A stretch of DNA of 32,000 nt from Psychrobacter sp. DM4 (lineage in GTDB: Bacteria > Pseudomonadota > Gammaproteobacteria > Pseudomonadales > Moraxellaceae), in NCBI RefSeq assembly GCF_051307035.1, contig NZ_CP195536.1, positions 600,001 through 632,000 on the forward strand. The letters run 5' to 3'. Positions 25,231 to 32,000 of this stretch are shown in pieces. How positions within the stretch are numbered: the first letter of the stretch is position 1; every line of letters begins with the position of its first letter. The translations under genes and the position numbers were made by a program. Under the pieces are notes generated by a model, which was given only the letters and a program-made list of their open reading frames with translations, was not told the DNA's origin and searched no databases.

Positions 25231-26175
25231 CTATAGTGTGTCGTCACTCATTCTAGGGTAAATAACGATAGGTCTTTGATCTAAAAAATACAACCCTGTC
25301 GTTGGTCGCGTATTTTTTGATACTGTTGCATCATCATAAAAGTCACGCTTGGTAAACCATTCAATATAATGAGCGGCTCTGAGTTTGGAGCTATCAAGCG
25401 TGGCAAGCATGGCCTCATCATTTTCATCGCACCATTCATGGATGGGAAAATTAGGCGATAACCAATCAGGCTTATCAAAGTTATTCATATTTACAGGTAA
25501 GAAAAACCGTCCTTTTATCACCCCATAACGCTTATCAATGCGGACGCGTCCACGCGATTTAGTATCGACCCAAACTGCCCGAAACTGCTTGGTTTGCATA
25601 TACGTCATCTTACGTTCCAAATTGTCATTGGAGTTGATACCGACCCAATGCTCAGGGGCAAAAGGTGGCGCGCCCATAAAGAACTTAATTGCCAGCTCCC
25701 AATGCTCAATTAATTGCTCGTTGTGATTGTACAAAATCAGATCCAGCTCACCGACGGTTTGTTTACCATTGAACAGCTGTACGTTATTTGCAAGCGTCTC
25801 ATACGGGTGTAGTTCTCGCGCATACCCATCCTCCAACCAAAATGATAATAGGCCTTCAAAATGAAAGCCTAAACGGTTAGGGCTGGGACGTTTAAGTAAA
25901 TAACGGGTTAGCTCTCGATAGGCAGTTGTATTATCCAACTCGTCCAACCGAGCTTTATAAGCCTCAAATCGAGCCAACCAAAACGCGCTACTATGTACTT
26001 TAATAGCATGAGTATTTTGCTCAGGTGAAAAATCTAGCCACTTAGTTAAGACATTAGGGCAGGCCAGCACAAAAGCCAAATCGCGTACGTAAGGGCGCTT
26101 GAATTGCTCCCAAGGGTCATGATTGACGAGAGCAGAAGGACGATGCGGGGTAGACTCGGACATAATATGAATCAT
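25231..26175 (-). CDS. DUF1853-like protein (PD-(D/E)XK nuclease-fold)
   Basis: GELDLILYN...IEHWELAIKF fits a D...E-x-K nuclease-like core recalled from the DUF1853 family. An alternative start is at 26163 (MSES...). Confidence 0.55.
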   Translation of the reverse strand: MIHIMSESTPHRPSALVNHDPWEQFKRPYVRDLAFVLACPNVLTKWLDFSPEQNTHAIKVHSSAFWLARFEAYKARLDELDNTTAYRELTRYLLKRPSPNRLGFHFEGLLSFWLEDGYARELHPYETLANNVQLFNGKQTVGELDLILYNHNEQLIEHWELAIKFFMGAPPFAPEHWVGINSNDNLERKMTYMQTKQFRAVWVDTKSRGRVRIDKRYGVIKGRFFLPVNMNNFDKPDWLSPNFPIHEWCDENDEAMLATLDSSKLRAAHYIEWFTKRDFYDDATVSKNTRPTTGLYFLDQRPIVIYPRMSDDTL

Positions 26176-26318
26176 ATAGGGTATAGAGCATTTACCCTAA
26201 AGGGTAGACTCATAAAAGTCTATAGACTTATAGACCCTTTTTTGCAAAGGGACTCACTAGATTTTAGCTATTATTAGCGCTATATTAAGCCAAGCCCCTT
26301 ATTACAGCTCATAGATTT

Positions 26319-27659
26319 ATGACCAATAATCTAACTTGCACAGATGAAAAATACAACGCGCATACTTGTTCTGAAGTAGATCCCTTTGATCATCATCATC
26401 TTTGGCATCCCTACACCTCGCTACCGCCCACTTATCCCAACCTTGTTATTGAGCGCTGTGATGGGGTATACCTTTATACCAAATCGGGCGAACCCCTCAT
26501 AGACGGCATGTCGTCGTGGTGGGCTTGTACTCATGGCTATAATCATCCCAAATTAAATCAGGCCATTCGTGAGCAACTCAATAAAATGTCTCATGTTATG
26601 TTTGGCGGTCTCACGCACCAACCTGCCATAGATTTAGGTAAAAAATTACTCTCAATTGTACCTCAAGGTCTTGACGCTATTTTTTATGCAGACAGCGGCA
26701 GTATCTCTGTTGAAGTCGCACTAAAGATGGCCATGCAGTATCAACTGGCAAAAAACAAACCTGAAAAAAATAAAATTGCCACAACTTACTCAGGATATTA
26801 TGGCGATACTTGGCATGCTATGAGTATCTGTGATCCTATCGGCGGTATGCACAGTATCTACGGCAACCAGTTACCGGTACAGTTATTCACAGATAAGCCT
26901 ATAGATGGGTTTGAGAGTGAGATGACAGAGAATGAGAGAGAAAAACTGACTCAATTCTTTGAAGACAATCATAACGGTATGGCAGCATTTATTATTGAGC
27001 CTATCGTGCAAGGCGCTGGCGGTATGCGTTTTTATAGCCCTCAGTATCTACAGCTCATACGCAAGCTATGTAGTCACTATGATGTGTTGATGATTGCAGA
27101 TGAAATCGCCACGGGGTTTGGGCGTACAGGTAAAATGTTTGCCTGTAATCATGCCAATATATCACCAGATATTATGACTATAGGAAAAGCATTAACAGGC
27201 GGCTATATGACTTTCGCCGCTACACTATGTCAGCGCTATGTGGCAGATACCATTGCCAATAGTAAGTATGCAGCCTTAATGCACGGCCCGACCTTTATGG
27301 GCAATCCGCTAGCCTGCTCAGTAGCTATTGCGTCACTAGACTTAGTGATTGATTATGACTATCCTGCGCGCGCTAGACAAATACAGCAATTTTTGCAATC
27401 ACAGTTATCTGAAGTTAAGAGCCATCCTGAAGTAGTAGACGTTCGTGTGCTGGGCGCTATAGGTGTGATTGAGCTTAATGAAGCTGTCGATATGCCGACC
27501 TTTCAAAGACTACTTGTCGCTAATAAAATTTGGGTTAGACCCTTTGGCAAACTGATCTATATCATGCCGCCAATCATCATGACTGAATCAGAGATAGCGA
27601 CACTATGCCGTCGATTAAAATTAACGATTGAACAATATTTAGGTGTAAGTATTGGTTAG
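26319..27659 (+). CDS. bioA: Adenosylmethionine-8-amino-7-oxononanoate aminotransferase
   Basis: Class III aminotransferase motifs ADEIATGFGRTGKMFA and TIGKALTGGY. HLWHPYTS near the N-terminus is typical of BioA. Confidence 0.9.
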   Translation: MTNNLTCTDEKYNAHTCSEVDPFDHHHLWHPYTSLPPTYPNLVIERCDGVYLYTKSGEPLIDGMSSWWACTHGYNHPKLNQAIREQLNKMSHVMFGGLTHQPAIDLGKKLLSIVPQGLDAIFYADSGSISVEVALKMAMQYQLAKNKPEKNKIATTYSGYYGDTWHAMSICDPIGGMHSIYGNQLPVQLFTDKPIDGFESEMTENEREKLTQFFEDNHNGMAAFIIEPIVQGAGGMRFYSPQYLQLIRKLCSHYDVLMIADEIATGFGRTGKMFACNHANISPDIMTIGKALTGGYMTFAATLCQRYVADTIANSKYAALMHGPTFMGNPLACSVAIASLDLVIDYDYPARARQIQQFLQSQLSEVKSHPEVVDVRVLGAIGVIELNEAVDMPTFQRLLVANKIWVRPFGKLIYIMPPIIMTESEIATLCRRLKLTIEQYLGVSIG

Positions 27660-27705
27660 CATACCCTAGATGATTACCATGAAGAGTCACACGTGCTTAA
27701 AAGTC

Positions 27706-28920
27706 TTATAGCTGTGATATCAAACGGTCACAGTCCTCTATAGTTAGCTTTGCGTTCATAACGATGCGGATGCGCGCTGTATCTACAGGTACTGTGGGTG
27801 GACGGATGGGAAGGGCATAAAATCCAGCATCTCGAAGCTGTTGCGCTTTATCTATAGCACTGGCATTACTCCCTATTATGTAGGGGATAATAGGAGACTG
27901 ATAGCATGCTGTTGAGCTATCGTCTATAGCTTCTACCACTTGCAGCGAAAGCTTAGCAAGATGAGTACGCAAATGATGAAAGGACGGCATTTTTTCTAAT
28001 ATAAACCGCGTCCAGCTATGGGTAATAGGCGGTAGGGCGGTGCTAAAAATAAAGGAGCGCATTTGGTTGATTAACCACTGTCTCACCTTGTCATCACAGA
28101 TAACATAAGCGCCCATCGAAGCAAAGGCTTTACCAAAGGTACCGACGATATAATCTATGTCTTCTAAGGTTTGCGTCTCCTCAGCTAAACCTAGCCCATG
28201 ACGACCTAAAACGCCGACAGCATGTGCCTCATCGACATATAGTTCAATACGAGGATTGCGCGCTTTGAGTGTTACTAAAGCTTTTAAGTCTGCACGATCG
28301 CCATCCATACTAAAGATGCTTTCGGTAACAATGATAATGCGCTCAATAGACGTATCAGCGCCCTCGAGTATAGACGCTAAATGTGTCAGGTCATTATGGC
28401 GGTATCGTTTGCAAGTGCAGTGTTTGCTACTGATAAGACGTATGCCATCGATAATACTGGCATGAATCAATTCGTCTGACACAATAAGTGTATTCAGCGG
28501 GAGTTTGGCGAGTGCAGGCAAAACCCCGATATTGACATGATAACCACTGTTGATGACTAATACAGATTTTGTAGAAGCGCGGCGTTGCTGGGATGACAAG
28601 CCAAGCTGATACCACTTTATCAATTCTTCCTCAAGCAATTGCAGTTGTTCATGATTACCTGTGAGCAGGCGCGAGGAGGTAGAACCCATTTTTGGTAATA
28701 GCGATTCGGGTAGCGTTTGTAGCTGGTCTAAGAATTGTGTTTGCAAGCGGGTGTCGCTACCGAGACCTAAATAATCATTGCTTGAGATATTGAGTAATGC
28801 GTTATCATTGGCTATGATCCACTGATCTCTATGCTTGATAATAGGAAGCTGTCGATACTGGTCATTAGAATGTAGAGCCTCTAGATGATCCGTTAGGCTT
28901 GTCAGCGTAGGTATTGTCAT
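27706..28920 (-). CDS. bioF: 8-amino-7-oxononanoate synthase
   Basis: Alpha-oxoamine synthase features SNDYLGL, VDEAHAVGVLG and GTFGKAFASMGAY (PLP lysine). Confidence 0.85.
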   Translation of the reverse strand: MTIPTLTSLTDHLEALHSNDQYRQLPIIKHRDQWIIANDNALLNISSNDYLGLGSDTRLQTQFLDQLQTLPESLLPKMGSTSSRLLTGNHEQLQLLEEELIKWYQLGLSSQQRRASTKSVLVINSGYHVNIGVLPALAKLPLNTLIVSDELIHASIIDGIRLISSKHCTCKRYRHNDLTHLASILEGADTSIERIIIVTESIFSMDGDRADLKALVTLKARNPRIELYVDEAHAVGVLGRHGLGLAEETQTLEDIDYIVGTFGKAFASMGAYVICDDKVRQWLINQMRSFIFSTALPPITHSWTRFILEKMPSFHHLRTHLAKLSLQVVEAIDDSSTACYQSPIIPYIIGSNASAIDKAQQLRDAGFYALPIRPPTVPVDTARIRIVMNAKLTIEDCDRLISQL

Positions 28921-29153
28921 AAAAGCCGTCCTAAAATACTAAAATAAGGTGAAGAACAGATCTAGAGTCTGTTTGCTATTTGATCAGATAATCCCCACCT
29001 TTTAGACGATCCAAAGATAGCGAAAGTCGTTATTTTAACCTTATATTCTTCGCAATGAAACGGCAGTGGAGAGCTAATGCTTATTCTGCTAAATAATAAA
29101 AAGTTGGTAGAATCTTACCAAAGTTATACGTCTTAAATTGAGGAATAATCAGT

Positions 29154-29903
29154 ATGACTGTACTATTTATAAGCGGTATTGATACCGACATCGGTAAGAC
29201 CATTGCGACAGGACAGTTAGCAAAAGCTCTGTATCAAAAGGGACATAAGGTAATCACTCAAAAACTGGTACAGACAGGCTGTCATGATATTGCAGAGGAT
29301 CTCATAACTCATAGAAATACGATGGGAATGCCTTTGCAAAGGGTAGATAAAGAAGGAACGACTTGCCCTTACGTTTTTAGCAAGCCTGCCTCCCCGCATT
29401 TATCATCTGCTCTAGAACATACTATAATTGAGCCTGATATTATCACTGCTGCGACTGATAAGCTCTTGATGGATTACGATATTGTGCTCTTAGAGGGTGC
29501 TGGTGGGCTGATGGTACCTATTACTGATTCAGTATTGAGCTTGGATTATATCGCTAAGCAGGGCTATCCTATCGTCTTAGTGACCTCTGGTAGACTTGGG
29601 AGCATTAATCATACCCTGCTCAGCATTGAGGCGATAGAGAGCCGCTCATTGACCTTGCACGCGCTCATATACAATCAGTGGCAGCCTAACAGTTCTGGCA
29701 ATAATGACTTAAATTATCTAAAAGATGAGGAGATTGTCGATAGTACAAGACACTATCTACTTGAGTATCTGCAAGCTAATCACCCGCAGACCTACTGGGT
29801 CGATTTACCTGATAGCTCATCCGAGCAATATACTCAAGATTTCGATACTGATAACCCGTTTTCACTTACAAGCTACGCAAAGGTGTTGGCAGGTATACTA
29901 TGA
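29154..29903 (+). CDS. bioD: Dethiobiotin synthase
   Basis: N-terminal P-loop-like GIDTDIGKT, plus [11 protein letters not shown]. Confidence 0.85.
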   Translation: MTVLFISGIDTDIGKTIATGQLAKALYQKGHKVITQKLVQTGCHDIAEDLITHRNTMGMPLQRVDKEGTTCPYVFSKPASPHLSSALEHTIIEPDIITAATDKLLMDYDIVLLEGAGGLMVPITDSVLSLDYIAKQGYPIVLVTSGRLGSINHTLLSIEAIESRSLTLHALIYNQWQPNSSGNNDLNYLKDEEIVDSTRHYLLEYLQANHPQTYWVDLPDSSSEQYTQDFDTDNPFSLTSYAKVLAGIL

Positions 29904-29928
29904 AAACCCAAAAAACGCCCAAAATAAA

Positions 29929-29955
29929 GGGCATACGGTCTATGACGGTATGCCC
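29929..29955 (-). terminator. Hairpin terminator downstream of tRNA-Pro (also sits just after bioD)
   Basis: GGGCATAC (29929-29936) pairs with GTATGCCC (29948-29955). On the minus strand it is followed by the T-rich TTTATTTTGGGCGTTTTTTGGGTTTT. Confidence 0.6.
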
Positions 29956-29980
29956 TAACACTAAGCTCAAAAACAATGTT

Positions 29981-30057
29981 TGGTCGGAACGGCAGGATTT
30001 GAACCTGCGACCACTACACCCCCAGTGTAGTGCGCTACCAGACTGCGCTACGCCCCG
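29981..30057 (-). tRNA. tRNA-Pro (anticodon GGG), 77 nt with encoded CCA
   Basis: Hand fold: CGGGGCG TA GCGC AGTCTGGTA GCGC A CTACA CTGGGGG TGTAG TGGTC GCAGG TTCAAAT CCTGC CGTTCCG A CCA. The acceptor stem has two G-U pairs. Confidence 0.85.
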
Positions 30058-30149
30058 AATGACTGCTATTTTACGCAAATTTACTTTTATTGCAAGGGCT
30101 ATTTATTCTACCCAAATTTAGCAATGATATTTGACGTATAGCAGTCATT

Positions 30150-31652
30150 TTAGCCGAGTAGCCCTTTTAAGATCTCATTCACTTGCTGCGGATTAGCACT
30201 ACCACGACTGGCTTTCATCACCTGTCCAACCAGACCGTTAAAGGCTTTTTGCTTACCGCCGCGATACTCCTCCACCATCGCTTGATTATTAGCAATGACG
30301 TCTTCGACGATAGCTTTAATAGCACCTGTATCGGTCTCTTGCTTGAGCCCTTTTTCTTCAATGATCTTGTCAGCGGCATCATCGCTACTACCGCCTTCGC
30401 GAGCGTATAACGCGCTAAAGACCTGTTTCGCCATTTTTCCAGACAAGGTGTCATCTTTGATACGAGCGAGCAGCCCCGCCAATTGCTTAGCGCTGATAGG
30501 GGAGCCTGTGATGTCTTTGTCGTCTTTGTTGAGTGCACCCAGCAGATCACCCATGACCCAGTTCGCCGTCATTTTGGCGTCCTGCGCGCCGATTTCGGTT
30601 ACGACGTCTTCAAAGTAGTCGGCAAGCTTGCGGCTACCGGTCAAGATACGCGCGTCATATTCTGATAACTCAAGCTCATCCTCAAAGCGAGCACGGCGCG
30701 CCACGGGCAGCTCAGGCATTGCCGCCTTTATCTGATCGATAGTGTGTTGTTCGAGACGTACGGGCGTCAAATCAGGATCAGGGAAGTAGCGATAGTCATT
30801 GGCATCCTCTTTGGTACGCATGGTACGCGTCTCATCGAGATCAGGATCATAAAGCATCGTCGCCTGTACCACTTTACCACCATCCTCGATAATATCAATC
30901 TGACGCTCAATCTCGCGATGGATAGCACGCTCAATGAAGCGAAACGAGTTCAAGTTTTTCAGCTCAGTACGCGTGCCAAGCTCGCCGCCAGGCTGGCGTA
31001 CCGACACGTTGCAATCACAGCGGAACGAGCCTTCTGCCATGACGGCATCTGAGATACCCAGCCACGTCACCAACTGATGAATAGCTTTGATATAAGCCAG
31101 TGCCTCATGAGCTGAGCGCATATCAGGCTCAGAGACGATTTCAATCAGCGGTGTGCCTGCACGGTTGAGATCGACGCCCGTCATACCGTCAACCGCATCA
31201 TGTACTGACTTGCCCGCGTCTTCTTCTAAATGCGCGCGAGTGATGCCCATGCGTTTAGGGTACTCGTTTTTGTCGCCCTCGTTGACGACCACATCGATAT
31301 AGCCTTTGCCAACGATAGGATGCGCCATTTGGGTGATCTGATAGCCTTTAGGCAAGTCAGGATAAAAGTAGTTTTTGCGATCAAAGGTATTGAACAGTCC
31401 CAATTCTGCGTTGACACCGATACCGAACTTTAGCGCGCGATCCAACACGCCTCTGTTCAATACTGGCAAGACACCTGGTAGCCCTAAATCGACGATGCTC
31501 GCTTGCGAGTTTGGCTCATGACCGAAATCCGTTGGCGCGCTTGAGAATATCTTACTTTCGGTATTCAGCTGGCAATGAATCTCAATACCGATGATCACTT
31601 CATAGCCGTCGACGAGCAGTTCTTCACGAACAGCAAACTCTGTCATTTCCAT
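30150..31652 (-). CDS. gatB: Asp/Glu-tRNA(Asn/Gln) amidotransferase subunit B
   Basis: [31 protein letters not shown]-like ([17 protein letters not shown]) and a C-terminal YqeY-like tail ending [17 protein letters not shown]. Confidence 0.95.
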   Translation of the reverse strand: MEMTEFAVREELLVDGYEVIIGIEIHCQLNTESKIFSSAPTDFGHEPNSQASIVDLGLPGVLPVLNRGVLDRALKFGIGVNAELGLFNTFDRKNYFYPDLPKGYQITQMAHPIVGKGYIDVVVNEGDKNEYPKRMGITRAHLEEDAGKSVHDAVDGMTGVDLNRAGTPLIEIVSEPDMRSAHEALAYIKAIHQLVTWLGISDAVMAEGSFRCDCNVSVRQPGGELGTRTELKNLNSFRFIERAIHREIERQIDIIEDGGKVVQATMLYDPDLDETRTMRTKEDANDYRYFPDPDLTPVRLEQHTIDQIKAAMPELPVARRARFEDELELSEYDARILTGSRKLADYFEDVVTEIGAQDAKMTANWVMGDLLGALNKDDKDITGSPISAKQLAGLLARIKDDTLSGKMAKQVFSALYAREGGSSDDAADKIIEEKGLKQETDTGAIKAIVEDVIANNQAMVEEYRGGKQKAFNGLVGQVMKASRGSANPQQVNEILKGLLG

Positions 31653-32000
31653 TGTAAAATCCTATCAAAACATTAAAATAAATAATTATTAGGTTATAAC
31701 GTGTTATTCGTTAGTTGTTATCAACATTTGCATAAAATTCTTGGAGCTAATATCGCTTTTCGCTACTATCTGCTCATCTAACCGCTGCGAGGGCTAGCGT
31801 TTGCCATGTCTCTTGCTCCGCGTAGCCATAGCAAAACGAAGCCCTCACAATACGCTTATCCGAGCAGTATATCCGCTTCAATCGCGGCTAAACGACCTCG
31901 TTATAGCAGGTCTCACTATTCATTAGTACCAATGTTCATTAGTACCAGTCAACTCATTCACGCTAGTGGTACACAGACCACATTCTATGGCTCTAATAAC

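Noticed and set aside
28921-29153. BirA/bioO-type operator in the bioF-bioD divergent region
   Set aside because: There is no match to the TTGTAAACC...GGTTTACAA pattern. Only a weak TTGGTA-N6-TACCAA inverted repeat (29104-29121) is present, which may simply be promoter sequence.

Overview
The window reads as a gammaproteobacterial chromosome. Gene order trpF-trpB-trpA-accD-folC-SPOR protein, the bio genes and gatB look Moraxellaceae/Psychrobacter-like, but that is my recognition only and is not verifiable here. There are two parts. (1) nt ~474-8583 is an apparently intact ~8.1 kb integrated filamentous (inovirus-type) prophage inserted in tRNA-Arg(CCG). Read on the minus strand it carries a divergent HTH repressor, a DEDDh-exonuclease-like cargo gene, ~800-900 nt of hairpin-rich non-coding DNA, a Rep_trans-type replication initiator, a putative ssDNA-binding protein, small membrane proteins, the major coat protein, a pIII-like adsorption protein, a pVI-like protein, a Zot/pI assembly ATPase and a tyrosine integrase. 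It is bounded by a 45-nt tRNA 3'-end duplication. (2) nt ~8600-32000 is ordinary housekeeping DNA: cytochrome c5, an ABC-2 exporter pair, queF, proS, a DUF4230 protein, photolyase, trpFBA, accD, folC, a LysM/SPOR protein, DUF2726 and DUF1853 nuclease-fold proteins, bioA, bioF, bioD, tRNA-Pro(GGG) and gatB. I saw no CRISPR array, IS element or recognisable defence operon. The most unusual content is in the prophage: a repressor-controlled cargo protein with an exonuclease-like domain whose first catalytic Asp is Tyr, an att/tRNA arrangement with a fully swapped T-arm, a repressor ORF that reads across attR, a three-operator switch, and a long structured non-coding region. All functional calls rest on motif recognition by eye. 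No database searches were run.
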